Assembly: GCA_963730185.1 (NCBI GenBank)
Contig: CAVSQW010000009.1
Location: forward strand, 32,001 to 96,000
Source of the DNA: an uncultured Gemmatimonadales bacterium
GTDB lineage: Bacteria > Gemmatimonadota > Gemmatimonadetes > Gemmatimonadales > GWC2-71-9
Direction: 5' to 3'
DNA: 64,000 nucleotides
Both the position numbers and the translations under genes were made by a program. The notes beneath the pieces are model-generated. The model made no database searches. It had not been told where the DNA came from and saw only the letters and a program-made list of their open reading frames with translations. Positions 19,973 through 30,315 of this stretch are shown here, piece by piece (positions within the stretch are counted from its first letter, which is position 1; every line of letters starts with the position of its first letter).

Positions 19973-21755
19973 CGGGCCCGTCCGGTTTCGGCCCGTCCAC
20001 GCCGTACACCTTGAGCACGTCGTCGAGGGTGATCACCCCGAGGAGCTGACGCACGTTGCCGCGGCTGACGACGGGGAGGACGTTCCGGCGCGTGGTCCCC
20101 ATCCGCTCGAGCGCCACGCTCAGGCTGTGATCGGGATGGAGGTGAGGGAACTCCGGCCCTTCCTCCATCTCCTCGCCCACGGGGAACTCCTCGGCGATCG
20201 TCGCCACCGTCCGGTCGCCCTCGCCCTTGGCCTGGGCTTCGGCCAGGTCGGCGCTGCGGACCACCCCCCGGAGCCCCTGCTGGTCCGAGACCGGCCACGA
20301 GTCGAGCTCCCGATCGCGAATCCGCTCCCAGGCCTCGGAGATCTTCATGTCGGGCGCCAGCACCACCGGGGCGGCCCGGACCGCCGCGCTGACCCGGTGG
20401 CGGCCCAGCCCATCACGCGAAATGGCACCGGGGAGGTGGATCCCATCCTGAAGCGAGAGCGCCTCGTAGATCGGCTCGCGCTGCAACCGGTAGGAGATGA
20501 AGAACGCGATCAGGTTCGCGATCATCAGCGGGACGATGATGGTGTAGTCCCGGGTCACCTCGAAGATCATGATCACCGAGGTGAGCGGCGTCCGCACGAT
20601 CCCCGCGAACGCGGCGCCCATGCCCACCAGCGCGTACGCTCCGGGACCGGCGGTGTATTGCGGCAGGAGCAGGTGCGCCACCTGTCCCACACCCGCGCCC
20701 AGCATCGCCCCGATGAAGAGGCTCGGACCGAAGATGCCGCCCGCGTTACCGGAGGCGTAACAGGCGGCGCTGGCCACCAGCTTGAGCCCGGCCAGGAGCA
20801 GCACGGTCCGGAGGATCAGGTCGCCGTTCAGAGCCTTCTCCACCACGTCGTACCCGACGCCCATGACTTCGGGGAGGAAGAGGCCCATCACCCCGACCAC
20901 CAAGCCCCCGATCGCCGGCTGCCACCACTGGGTGCTGGCCGGCATGGCCATGAACCGGCGGCGGAGATAGAGCAGGAGCTTGACGAACGCCACCGAGCCC
21001 AGGCCACCCACCACCCCGAGGAAGGCGTAGGCGCCGAACTCGATCGGGTTCACCAGGTGGTACCCGGCCACGTGGAACAGCGGCTCGTCGCCCAGCACCA
21101 GGTGGAGCACCATCCACGACGTGGCCGAGCTCAGCACGACCGAGCCGAGCACCGGGGCGTGGAGGTCGCCCATGATCTCTTCGAGGGAGAAGAGCACCGC
21201 GGCGATCGGGGTGTTGAAGGCCGCGGCCAGCGCCGCCGAGCCGCCGATCGGCACCAGCGCCTTGATCTGCTCCTTGCTCAGACCGAGCCGCCGCCCGATG
21301 ACCGAAGCCAGCCCCGCCCCGATCTGCACCGAGGGGCCCTCGCGGCCCAGCGCGATCCCGCTGGCCAGCGACGCCGAGCAGTTGAAGAACTTCCCGAAGG
21401 CGGTCTTGAAGGAGATGTAGCCGTCATTGATGAAGATGGCGGCCTTGGTCTGGGGGACCCCGCTTCCCCGAGCATCGGGGAAGTACTTCTGGATCAGGTA
21501 GCCGGTGCCCAGCGCGCCCAGGATCGGGACCAGGAGCCGCCGGAAGCCGGAGCCGCCGGCCGGGTACATCCTGGCGGCCAGGCGACCGGTGAGCAGGATG
21601 AACGCCACAACCACTAGACCCACGAGCGCACCGATCACCAGACTCATCAGGAGCGCGAGCTGACTCTCCCGCTGGCGGAGCTCGTCGAGCCACGCCCATA
21701 CCCGTTTGGTCCAGTGGTCGCTTGTTTCGGCCGGCGACTGCGGAGAAGATGCCAC
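19965..21755 (-). CDS. ClC family chloride transporter with C-terminal CBS domains
   Basis: GSGVP, GREGP, AAFNTPIA, FSLEE and GIFGPS motifs; CBS pair at the C-terminus. GTG 21755. Confidence 0.93.
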   Translation of the reverse strand: MASSPQSPAETSDHWTKRVWAWLDELRQRESQLALLMSLVIGALVGLVVVAFILLTGRLAARMYPAGGSGFRRLLVPILGALGTGYLIQKYFPDARGSGVPQTKAAIFINDGYISFKTAFGKFFNCSASLASGIALGREGPSVQIGAGLASVIGRRLGLSKEQIKALVPIGGSAALAAAFNTPIAAVLFSLEEIMGDLHAPVLGSVVLSSATSWMVLHLVLGDEPLFHVAGYHLVNPIEFGAYAFLGVVGGLGSVAFVKLLLYLRRRFMAMPASTQWWQPAIGGLVVGVMGLFLPEVMGVGYDVVEKALNGDLILRTVLLLAGLKLVASAACYASGNAGGIFGPSLFIGAMLGAGVGQVAHLLLPQYTAGPGAYALVGMGAAFAGIVRTPLTSVIMIFEVTRDYTIIVPLMIANLIAFFISYRLQREPIYEALSLQDGIHLPGAISRDGLGRHRVSAAVRAAPVVLAPDMKISEAWERIRDRELDSWPVSDQQGLRGVVRSADLAEAQAKGEGDRTVATIAEEFPVGEEMEEGPEFPHLHPDHSLSVALERMGTTRRNVLPVVSRGNVRQLLGVITLDDVLKVYGVDGPKPDGPGG

Positions 21756-21809
21756 GGAGCCAATATAGGTACCCCGCGCGGATATCAAGCCCGCCGCGGG
21801 ATCACGCCC

Positions 21810-22805
21810 TCAGAGTGGACCGCCGGGGCCCGACTTCTCCTGACCTCCGTCGTACCCGCTGGCGGCCAGGAACCGGTCCGCGTCCCTCATCGTGATGATC
21901 TCGGCGATCGCGGCCCGCTTGTCCTCGGCCCGGTCGTAGTAGGCCTCGGTGATCCGGTAGCCGATGTAGTACCCCAGGTCGGGCGGCCGGTCGACCGACT
22001 GGTCGCCTTGGTACATCCACGCACTCACGTCCCGGCCGTGCATCACCTTCCGGAACTCGTCCCAGAGGGCCGCCTCGTGCGCGTCGCCATACAGGTGCTG
22101 GATCCGGTTGATGATCCCGCCGGAGATCAACTGGCCGAGGAAGTCGGCCGAGCCCTCCCGGAGGGCCTGGTCGAGGAGGGTCAGCGATCCCTTCGCCTCC
22201 GGCTGCTGAAAGTGGATCAGCTCGTGGGCGACGATGCTCGGTAGCACGTCGGACGAGGTGACCACCGCCTTCTCCCACGGGGTCAGCTCGTCGGTCGGGG
22301 TGCCCAGGTCACGGGCGTACATCTCCGCCCCGATGATCAGGCCGACCTCGCCCGCCGTTCCCCCCGAGTTGAGCCGGCCGATCACGAAGTAGACGTTCGG
22401 GAACACCGCCTCGGAGTAGAGATCCGCCAGGCGGTGGAAGCTGGCCCGGATTCGGGCTTTCACGGCCCCCGCGGTGTCGACCGCCAGGGTGGTACCCCGG
22501 ATGGCGGCGTAGTAGCGCGGGCGGGCCGCCACCGTACCCGCCAGGGCCCGGGCGTTGACGATCCGGCCCCGAAGAAACGCCTTGAGCCCCGGCGTCCCCG
22601 GCTCGAGGTAGAGGTGTTGGAAGCGATCGGCCCCGTCCAGCAGGGTGGCGCCGTCGAGCGCCGACCAGAACCGGGGAATGTCCTCGGTTACCAGCCGGGC
22701 GGCATCGGGGTCGTGATTTCGGACCGCCTCCTGGGCAGCCACCGGCCGGCCGAAAAACCCCGCCCCGAGGAGCAGAACGAGCCACCCGGACAACCCGGAG
22801 CTCAC
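21810..22805 (-). CDS. Secreted putative Zn-dependent peptidase (DUF2268-like)
   Basis: Signal peptide ending VAA-Q, HELIH motif, EGSADF, DLGYYIGY. GTG overlaps the upstream stop (GTGA). Confidence 0.75.
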   Translation of the reverse strand: MSSGLSGWLVLLLGAGFFGRPVAAQEAVRNHDPDAARLVTEDIPRFWSALDGATLLDGADRFQHLYLEPGTPGLKAFLRGRIVNARALAGTVAARPRYYAAIRGTTLAVDTAGAVKARIRASFHRLADLYSEAVFPNVYFVIGRLNSGGTAGEVGLIIGAEMYARDLGTPTDELTPWEKAVVTSSDVLPSIVAHELIHFQQPEAKGSLTLLDQALREGSADFLGQLISGGIINRIQHLYGDAHEAALWDEFRKVMHGRDVSAWMYQGDQSVDRPPDLGYYIGYRITEAYYDRAEDKRAAIAEIITMRDADRFLAASGYDGGQEKSGPGGPL

Positions 22806-23146
22806 GACCGCAGCTCGAGCAGCCGCTCCGGCGGCCGCCCCACGACGGCCCGGTCGCCCAGGACGCCGATCGGCCGGGCCAGGAGGGTCGGATGCTTGGC
22901 GATCAGGGGTACGAGCGCCGAGTCGCTCTCGGTGCCGGTCAGGCCCAGCGCCTGGTAGGCGGCATCGTTCTTCCGGAGGAGCGTCCGCGCCGGCACGCCG
23001 AGTAGCCCGACCAGGCGCTTCAGCTCGGCCGCCGACAGCGGCTCCTTCCGGTAGTCCCGGTAGCGATACCCCACCGAGTGTTGGTTCAGCAAGGCGACCG
23101 CCTTGCGGCAGGTGCTTCAGGTCCGGGTGCAGATCAACTCGATCAT
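22802..23146 (-). CDS. ArsC/Spx-family thioredoxin-fold protein, probable selenoprotein (UxxC; TGA at codon 10)
   Basis: AGGAGG RBS 7 nt before ATG 23146. Reads MIELICTRT-TGA-STCRKAVALL and continues in frame into the ArsC-like body (LLRK, HPTLLARPI, VGRPPE). SECIS-like hairpin follows the TGA. Confidence 0.88.
23089..23106 (-). promoter_or_regulatory. Candidate bacterial SECIS element
   Basis: Perfect 7-bp stem GCAAGGC-GGUC-GCCUUGC starting 10 nt after the UGA. The apical loop starts 17 nt after the UGA and begins with G. Confidence 0.75.
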
Positions 23147-23182
23147 GCCGACGCCTCCTGGTGCGAAACGGGACCATGATGA

Positions 23183-23211
23183 ATTCTAGCCTTGGGCGGA
23201 CCGGTCGTCAC
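23183..23211 (-). promoter_or_regulatory. Sigma70-type promoter of the arsC-like/peptidase operon
   Basis: GTGACG-17 bp-TAGAAT on the minus strand, upstream of the AGGAGG RBS. Confidence 0.55.
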
Positions 23212-23329
23212 GATCCCGGGGGGCGGGCTTGCTCCTTTCCCAGCCCGGGATAGCATTGTCAATCGTTCGGGCGGGCCGGTCCAGCCGGCGACGCCCGGTG
23301 CCCGTTTCGACCCGCCTCCCCGGTGCGTC

Positions 23330-23692
23330 ATGTCCTACCTCCTCAACGCGGTTCCGGTGCTCGCCGTGGACGACCTCGATCAGGCCATCGCGTTCTATCA
23401 GCACCGGCTTGGCTTCGACCTGGTTTGGACCTGGGGCGAGCCGGCCACCGTCGCGGCCGTCGTTCGGGACGACGTGGAGGTGAACCTGGCCCGCCGGGGC
23501 GTCAACGGCTCGCGCGGCGCCTCGAGCGTCTACCTCCGGCTCACGGACGTCGACGAGTTCTACGCCGAGTGCGAGCGGCGGGGTGCCAGCCCGGCGGGGC
23601 CGCCCGAAGACCAGCCCTACGGCATGCGGGAGTTCTCCCTGATCGACTCGAGCGGGAACAAGCTGAGCTTCGGGGAAGCCGTGGTCGAATGA
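23330..23692 (+). CDS. VOC (glyoxalase/bleomycin resistance) family protein
   Basis: VPVLAVDDLDQAIAFY...LGF and DQPYGMREFSLIDSSGNKLSF. Confidence 0.88.
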   Translation: MSYLLNAVPVLAVDDLDQAIAFYQHRLGFDLVWTWGEPATVAAVVRDDVEVNLARRGVNGSRGASSVYLRLTDVDEFYAECERRGASPAGPPEDQPYGMREFSLIDSSGNKLSFGEAVVE

Positions 23693-24933
23693 GGGGTCGG
23701 CCCGGCGCCCGGATCGGGTGGCTTGGAGCCCTGGTCGGGCTCCTCGCCGCGCTGGTCGGCTGCCGGGGTCCGGCGCCGAGCGTCGCCCCCAAGCAGCCCC
23801 CGACGGTCGTGCTGGTGGGATTGGACGGGTTTCGGGCCGACTACCTCGACCGGCCCGGGGCCGTCACCCTCCGGCGGTTGGCGGACGAAGGCGTCCGGGC
23901 GGTTCGGATGGTGCCATCCTTCCCGACCAAGACCTACCCGAACTTCTATACCCTCGCGACCGGCCTCTACCCCGAGCACCACGGGCTCGTCGCCAACACC
24001 ATGTACGACCCCACCTTCAAGGCCTGGTTTCGGCTGAGCGACCGTTCGGCGGTCCAGGATCCCCGGTGGTGGGGCGGCGAACCGATCTGGAACACGGCCG
24101 TGAAGCAGGGACGGAAGGCCATGGTGTTCTTCTGGCCTGGCTCCGAAGCGCCGGTCCAGGGGATGCACCCGACCGAGTACCGGATCTACGACGAGAAGAT
24201 CCCGAACACGGTCCGGGTCCGGCAGGTGCTCGACTGGGCCTCGCGGACCGGCGCCGAACGGCCGGCGCTGGTGGCGATGTATCTGAACGATACCGACGAC
24301 GCCGGCCACTGGGCCGGGCCCGACTCACCCGCCGTGGACTCGGCGATCGCGCGAATGGACTCCGCCGTGGCCCGGCTGGTCGCGGGCTTCGACGCCCGGG
24401 GCCTCACCGGCAAGATCAATCTGGTGATCGTGGCCGACCACGGAATGACCGCTCTCGACCCGAGCCGCCAGATCTTCCTGGACGACTACCTCCCGCTCTC
24501 GGCCGCCAGGATCGTGGACCTGGCGCCGGTGACCGGGCTGGCGCCCCGCGGCGAGTCGGTCGATCAGATCGTGGCCCGGCTTCGGGGGAAGCCCCACGTC
24601 TCGGTCTACCGCCGGAGCGAAACCCCCGCCCGGTGGCACTATCGCGACAACCCCCGGATTCCCCCGATCATCCTCGTCGCCGACGACGGCTGGCAGCTCA
24701 CCACTCACGCGCTGAGCCGGCGGACCCCGTTCCCCGGCGGGAACCATGGCTACCCGCCCGACTGGCCCTCGATGGGGGCGGTCTTCGTGGCCTGGGGACC
24801 CGCCTTCAAGCGAGGGCTGGTCGTCCCGCCCTTCCAGAACATCCACGTCTATCCGCTGCTGGCCCACCTGATGCACGTCGAGCCGGCCCCAACCGATGGC
24901 CGGCTCGACTCCGTGCGGGCAATGCTGCGTTAG
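23689..24933 (+). CDS. Ectonucleotide pyrophosphatase/phosphodiesterase (NPP family) lipoprotein
   Basis: Lipobox LVGC, LDGFRADY, catalytic FPTKTYPN, DDAGH, ADHGM, GNHGY. ATG 23689 overlaps the VOC stop. Confidence 0.9.
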   Translation: MRGRPGARIGWLGALVGLLAALVGCRGPAPSVAPKQPPTVVLVGLDGFRADYLDRPGAVTLRRLADEGVRAVRMVPSFPTKTYPNFYTLATGLYPEHHGLVANTMYDPTFKAWFRLSDRSAVQDPRWWGGEPIWNTAVKQGRKAMVFFWPGSEAPVQGMHPTEYRIYDEKIPNTVRVRQVLDWASRTGAERPALVAMYLNDTDDAGHWAGPDSPAVDSAIARMDSAVARLVAGFDARGLTGKINLVIVADHGMTALDPSRQIFLDDYLPLSAARIVDLAPVTGLAPRGESVDQIVARLRGKPHVSVYRRSETPARWHYRDNPRIPPIILVADDGWQLTTHALSRRTPFPGGNHGYPPDWPSMGAVFVAWGPAFKRGLVVPPFQNIHVYPLLAHLMHVEPAPTDGRLDSVRAMLR

Positions 24934-25913
24934 GGGATATGGGGCTTCTTGAAGAGGCCCTTGAGCTTGCTGGTGGCCTTGTGCTTCGCCTCGTCGACCG
25001 CCGCTTGCTTCATCGCCTCCACCATCGCGTTGCCGGCCGCCGCGAGCACCTTGTTCATGTCGAGATTCTTGATGACGTTGCAGGCCGCTTCCATCTGCTG
25101 CTTGTCGGCCTCCGTCATCTCGGTCGGCTTGCCCTCCGCCTGCGCCTTGGCCCGGGCCGCCTCGAGCTCCGTCTTGGCCTTGGCCAGTGAGTCGGAAAGC
25201 TCCTGGCTGGCCAAATAGCCCACGAAGCCCCGGGCCGCGGAGTCGGCGTTCTCGGCGACGGGCGCGACCTCGAACGTCACCCCGGCCGGCTTCTCGAAGG
25301 CCGTCGCCGGTGGCGGCGCCAACGACACCGACGTCGCCGTCTCCTCGAACTTGAAGCAGAGCAGGTTCCCGGAGGTGTGGAGCGAGATCTGGGGCTCCTT
25401 CTTCATGGTGCAGACGTCGAACCCCATCATCTGACGCTCCTCGCACACTTGGCCCGCGTAGGTCTTCTCGCCCATCGACTTGGCGCTGGACGCGATCGAC
25501 GGGACGTCGAAGACCCGGCTGAACATCGTGCCCATTTCCTGGATGTTCTGGTGGAATCGCTGCTTGCCCGACTTGTCGAGCCCGTCGTAAGCCTTGGCCA
25601 TGTGCGGGAGCAGGTTGGGGGCTTGGGTTCCCCGCTTCTTGATCAGGTCGGCGTTGTACATCGAATCCGGCGTGACCAGCATCCAAGTGGACGACTTGGT
25701 CTCCTTCCCCATCATCTTGATGGTCGACGTGTTGGTCGTCACCATCCGGTCCCCGTCGAACGCCCGCGATGCCGTTCCCTTGGAATCGCCCCCGAGCTGG
25801 TACTCGACCTGCCCCTTGAGGTTGGATTTCGGGAGCTTGAAGGGGTTCTGCTGCGCCGCGGCCGGCGCCGCGAGCGCCACCGCGCCCAGGACTGCCATGA
25901 CTTCTCGCCGCAT
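24930..25913 (-). CDS. Secreted hypothetical protein (DUF4412-like)
   Basis: Signal peptide (APAAA-Q), beta-rich body with GEKTYAGQVCE, C-terminal KLKGLFKK. GGAG RBS before ATG 25913. Confidence 0.6.
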   Translation of the reverse strand: MRREVMAVLGAVALAAPAAAQQNPFKLPKSNLKGQVEYQLGGDSKGTASRAFDGDRMVTTNTSTIKMMGKETKSSTWMLVTPDSMYNADLIKKRGTQAPNLLPHMAKAYDGLDKSGKQRFHQNIQEMGTMFSRVFDVPSIASSAKSMGEKTYAGQVCEERQMMGFDVCTMKKEPQISLHTSGNLLCFKFEETATSVSLAPPPATAFEKPAGVTFEVAPVAENADSAARGFVGYLASQELSDSLAKAKTELEAARAKAQAEGKPTEMTEADKQQMEAACNVIKNLDMNKVLAAAGNAMVEAMKQAAVDEAKHKATSKLKGLFKKPHIP

Positions 25914-26059
25914 TGCTATCTCCAGTCTTTTCCAATGGTTAGAGGTACTCTGCCACCCGGCGGAAGGCGATCCGGGTGGGCCCATCTCGGGGTAACGAGG
26001 CGGTCGGCCGACCCGATTCCCCTGCCCCGGTCGCGATCCTGGCCCCATATTCTCCCTCC

Positions 26060-26698
26060 ATGTCCGACTACCCCAACCTCACCGTCCTGGATCACCCGCT
26101 GATCCAGCACAAGCTCGCGATCCTCCGGGACCGTTCGACGGCCACGAAGAACTTCCGGCAGTTGGTGGGCGAGATCGCCATGTTGATGACGTATGAGGTT
26201 ACCCGCAATCTACCCACGGAACCCGTCGAGGTCGAAACCCCGCTGGAGGTGATGACGGCCCGGCGGGTGGCGGGGAAGAAGCTCGCGCTGGTCCCGATTC
26301 TCCGGGCCGGTCTGGGCATGGTGGACGGAATCTTGCAGCTCATTCCCTCCGCCCGGGTCGGGCACGTCGGGCTCTTTCGGGACCACGACACCCTGAAGCC
26401 GGTGAGTTACTACTTCAAGGTACCGGCCGCCGAGGCCGATCGGGACTTGCTGGTGCTGGACCCGATGCTCGCCACCGGCGGGTCGGCGGTCGCGGCGATC
26501 AGCACCCTCAAGGAGACCGGCGCCTCGCGGATTCGCTTCCTCTGCCTGGTGGCCGCGCCGGAAGGAGTGAGAACCATGAACCAAGCCCATCCCGACGTGC
26601 CGGTCTACGCGGCCTCCCTGGACCGGAAGCTCAACGACGTCGGCTACATCCTGCCCGGCCTCGGCGACGCCGGCGACCGGCTCTTCGGGACCCGATGA
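26060..26698 (+). CDS. upp: Uracil phosphoribosyltransferase
   Basis: [43 protein letters not shown]. Confidence 0.97.
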   Translation: MSDYPNLTVLDHPLIQHKLAILRDRSTATKNFRQLVGEIAMLMTYEVTRNLPTEPVEVETPLEVMTARRVAGKKLALVPILRAGLGMVDGILQLIPSARVGHVGLFRDHDTLKPVSYYFKVPAAEADRDLLVLDPMLATGGSAVAAISTLKETGASRIRFLCLVAAPEGVRTMNQAHPDVPVYAASLDRKLNDVGYILPGLGDAGDRLFGTR

Positions 26699-28086
26699 GT
26701 ATTCGAGTCACCTTCTGGGGCGCGGCCGGCGAGGTCACCGGCTCGATGCACCTGCTCGAGGCGGCCGGCGCCCGGATCCTCCTCGACGGTGGGCTGTTCC
26801 AGGGCCGTCGCGCCGAAGCGGCGCGCAAGAACCGCGAGCTCCCGTTCGACGCCCGGCGGATCGACGCCGTGATCCTGAGCCACGCCCACATCGACCATTC
26901 CGGGCGGCTGCCGCTCCTGGTGCGGCACGGATTCCACGGCCCCATCCACGCCACCCCGGCTACCCGTGACCTCTGCGCGGTGATGCTCGCCGACGCGGCC
27001 CACATCCAGATGAAGGATGCCGAGTTTCTGACCCGCCACGGCCGGCCGCGGGGACCGGAGAGCGAGCCGCTCTATACCATCGCCGACGCAATGGGCGTCC
27101 AGGATCTGATGGTCGGCCTGCCCTATCGCCGGGTGAACCACCTCCGGAAACACCTCGCCTTCGAGTTCGCCGAGGCTGGTCACATCCTCGGCTCGGCCTC
27201 GGTGGTGCTCCGGCTCACCGAGGACGGCGGCCGCCGGATCGTCTTCTCCGGCGACATCGGCCGGTTCGGGCTCCCGATCATTCGCGACCCCGATCCGCCC
27301 GCCGGGCCGATCGACGCCTTGATCGTCGAGTCCACCTATGGCAACCGGGAGCACGAGTCCACCGGCGACGCCGAGCGTCGCCTCGGCGAGATCATCCGGA
27401 GGACGGCGGCCCGGGGCGGCAAGGTACTGGTCCCGTCCTTCGCCCTGGGCCGGACCCAGGAGCTGGTCTACGCCCTCCACCAGATGTACCGAGCCGGGAC
27501 CATCCCCGAGATCCCGATCTATGTCGATAGCCCCCTGGCCATCGATGCCACCTCGGTCTTCCGGATGCACCCCGAAGTGTTCGACCGCCGGGAGAAGCTG
27601 ATCGAGCGGACCGACCATATCTTCGACTTCCCCCTGGTCCACTACACCCGCGACGTCGAGGAGTCGAAGCGGCTCAACTCGCTTCACGGACCGGCGGTCA
27701 TCATCGCGGCCTCCGGCATGGCCGAGTCGGGCCGAATCCTCCACCACCTGGCCAACCACATCGGCAACCACCGAAACTGCGTGCTCTTCGTCGGATTCCA
27801 GGCCGAGCACACCCTGGGTCGCCGGATCCTCGAGGGCCAGAAGCAGGTCAAGATCTTCGGTGAGCTGGTCGAGCGCCGGGCCGAGGTGGAGAGCATCGGC
27901 GGGTACTCGGCCCACGCCGACAAGCACGAGCTCCGGACCTGGGTCAAGCGGCTGGGGGGCCCGATCCGAAGGGCATTCGTGGTCCACGGCGAGCCCGACG
28001 CCGCTCAGGCGATGGGTCAGATCCTGACCGAGGAAGGCGTGGGCGAGGTGGTCATTCCCCAACTGGGCCAGTCGTTCGACCTGTGA
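26695..28086 (+). CDS. MBL-fold metallo-hydrolase with beta-CASP domain (RNA-processing exonuclease family)
   Basis: [50 protein letters not shown]. Confidence 0.92.
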   Translation: MSIRVTFWGAAGEVTGSMHLLEAAGARILLDGGLFQGRRAEAARKNRELPFDARRIDAVILSHAHIDHSGRLPLLVRHGFHGPIHATPATRDLCAVMLADAAHIQMKDAEFLTRHGRPRGPESEPLYTIADAMGVQDLMVGLPYRRVNHLRKHLAFEFAEAGHILGSASVVLRLTEDGGRRIVFSGDIGRFGLPIIRDPDPPAGPIDALIVESTYGNREHESTGDAERRLGEIIRRTAARGGKVLVPSFALGRTQELVYALHQMYRAGTIPEIPIYVDSPLAIDATSVFRMHPEVFDRREKLIERTDHIFDFPLVHYTRDVEESKRLNSLHGPAVIIAASGMAESGRILHHLANHIGNHRNCVLFVGFQAEHTLGRRILEGQKQVKIFGELVERRAEVESIGGYSAHADKHELRTWVKRLGGPIRRAFVVHGEPDAAQAMGQILTEEGVGEVVIPQLGQSFDL

Positions 28087-28681
28087 GCCGCCGGCTGCTC
28101 CGGCTCGGAGGGCTGGTGCTCGGAGTCCTCGTGGCGGGTTACGTCGCGCTCCTTGGCTGGGTCTACCAGGTGAGCCGGGAAGACCAGGCTCGGCCCGTCG
28201 ACGCCATCGTCGTGCTCGGGGCCGCGCACTACAACGGCAAGCCCTCCCCGTCCTCCGGGGCCGGCTCGACCACGCCCTGAGCCTCTACCGGCAAGGCCTC
28301 GCCCCTCATCTAGTGGTGACCGGCGGCACCCACCCCGGCGACCGGGAGAGCGAAGCCGCCGTCCAGCGCCATTACCTGCTCGAACACCAGGTGCCGGACT
28401 CGGTGATCGTCCCCCTCGACCGGGGCAGCTCGACCGAAGAGTCGATCATCGCCCTCGGTGACTGGATGCACGGCCACGGTCTCCACTCCGCGCTCCTGGT
28501 GAGCGACGGATTCCACCTGGGACGGCTCCGGATCGAAGCCCGCCGGCTCCAGCTCGAGGCGTATACCTCACCCACCCCGGCGAGCGCCATCGCCCCCGGC
28601 AGCCGGCTCGAATGGGACTTCCTGGCCAAGGAAGCCCTCAAGGTACCGGTCGCCTGGGCCCGCCAGGTCACGGGTTGGTAG
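28083..28681 (+). CDS. YdcF/DUF218 family protein, frameshifted near 28246-28250
   Basis: DAIVVLGAA...PSP in one frame continues as (V)LRGRLDHALSLY...VVTGG...VSDGFHL in the -1 frame, consistent with one missing base. Confidence 0.8.
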
Positions 28682-28705
28682 CCCGGAACCCCAACCACGA
28701 CTGCC

Positions 28706-29242
28706 ATGCTGCTCTCCACCGAACGCTGTTATACCGGCCGGGTCATCAACGTCGAGCACGACCAGGTCGAGTTCCCCGACGGCTCCCGGGCCATGCTCGA
28801 GATGGTCCGCCACCCCGGCGCCGCCGCGGTGGTGCCCTTCCTCGACGATCCGGCCGAGGCCGACCCGCGGATCCTCCTGATTCGACAGTTCCGGCATGCG
28901 GCCGACGACTTCATCTGGGAGATCCCGGCGGGTACCCTGGGCCGGGGCGAGGACCCCGAGGCCTGCGCCTACCGGGAGCTGGAGGAGGAGGCCGGCTGGC
29001 GGGCGGCTCAGGTCCGCCACCTCACCACCGTGTATACCACCCCCGGGTTCACCGACGAGAGGATCCATCTCTATCTAGCCACCGGACTCTCGCCGTCCGC
29101 CGCCCAGCCCGAACCCGACGAATTCATCAGCGTGCATGAGGTCCGCTGGTCGGAGGTCGGACGGATGATCCGCCAGGGCGAGATCCGCGACGCCAAGACC
29201 CTCTGCACCCTGTTCTACGTCCAGGCGTTCTTGCGCCGCTGA
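28706..29242 (+). CDS. NUDIX hydrolase (ADP-ribose pyrophosphatase-like)
   Basis: RHPGA, WEIPAG, Nudix box GEDPEACAYRELEEEAG, TPGFTDE, IRDAKT. Confidence 0.9.
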   Translation: MLLSTERCYTGRVINVEHDQVEFPDGSRAMLEMVRHPGAAAVVPFLDDPAEADPRILLIRQFRHAADDFIWEIPAGTLGRGEDPEACAYRELEEEAGWRAAQVRHLTTVYTTPGFTDERIHLYLATGLSPSAAQPEPDEFISVHEVRWSEVGRMIRQGEIRDAKTLCTLFYVQAFLRR

Positions 29243-29263
29243 TCCGGCTGTAGATTGGCGGGC

Positions 29264-30315
29264 ATGGCGGCGCCTTCCTTCGACTCCTTCTTCCGAGGCC
29301 TCCTCAAGGGCGAGGTCCCACCCGCCGTGTACCTCTACGGACCCGAAGACGTCCTGAAAGAGGAAGCGGTGAGCGAGCTGCTCGAGCGGACGCTCGACCC
29401 CTCGCTCCGCGACTTCAACCTCGACGAAGTCTCGGCCACGTCACTAGATCCGGAACGGGCCGAGACGCTGTGCACCACCCTGCCGATGATGGCCGAGCGG
29501 CGGGTAGTGATCGTCCGGGAGGTCGAAGCCTGGAACCGGCGGGCCAAGGCCAAGGGAGTGATCCTTCGCTATCTGGAGCACCCCGCCCCCGAAACCGTGC
29601 TGGTGTTGGTGCAGAGTGCGGGCGACGCCGCCCCCGACAAGGAGCTCGCGGCCCGGACCATGGCCGTCTCCGCCGACCCGCTGCCGCCCCAACGGGCGCT
29701 CAAGTGGCTTCTCCGGCACGCCAAGCGGCTCGGGGTGACGCTCGACGAGGACGCGGCAGACCACCTGGTCCGGGCCACCGACGCCAGCCTGAGCCTCCTC
29801 CGGACCGAACTGGCCAAGCTCAGTGGACTGGCCGGCGACGAGCCCCTGAGCCTTGACCGGGTGGCTGCGCTCCTGGGTGTTCGCCACGGCGAGACCCAGT
29901 TCGACTGGCGCGATCTCGTCCTCGGGGTCAGACGGCCAAGGCGGTGACGGTACTGCCGCACCTCCTGGCCCAGAGCGGGGTGACCGGGGTGTCGCTGGTG
30001 ATGATGCTCGGGACCAGTCTCGTCGGTCTCGGGTTGGCCCGGGCCCATTACGATCGGGGCGCCCAGGGAAGCGCGCTGGCGGGAGCCGTCAAACGATCGC
30101 TGTTCCAGGCCCGTCCCGCGCGAGTGAGCTACGACGCCGCGGCGCGGGAGTGGAGCGCCTTGGCACCGGAGTGGCCGGCCCGCCGGATCGAAGCGGCTCT
30201 CCGCGCGACGCTCGCCGCCGACGAGCGTCTCAAGAGTACGACCGTGTCGGACGAACGGGGGATCCTGATGGATCTGATTCTCGAGCTGGGCTGGTCCCGG
30301 AAGGCGGCCGCATGA
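29264..30315 (+). CDS. holA: DNA polymerase III delta subunit, frameshifted at GGGG 29924-29927
   Basis: YLYGPEDVL, DFNLD, TLPMMAERRVVIV, ELAKL. The C-terminal part (ADERLKST) lies in the -1 frame (ORF 29944..30315). Confidence 0.88.

Noticed and set aside
21063..21079. parS-like CCACGTGGAACA
   Set aside because: Only one arm matches the parS palindrome. It lies in ClC coding sequence (LFHVA) and I saw no full parS.
29264..30315. holA as a pseudogene or programmed frameshift
   Set aside because: holA is essential, the break is at a G4 run with no slippery heptamer, and similar indels occur elsewhere, so sequencing error is more parsimonious.
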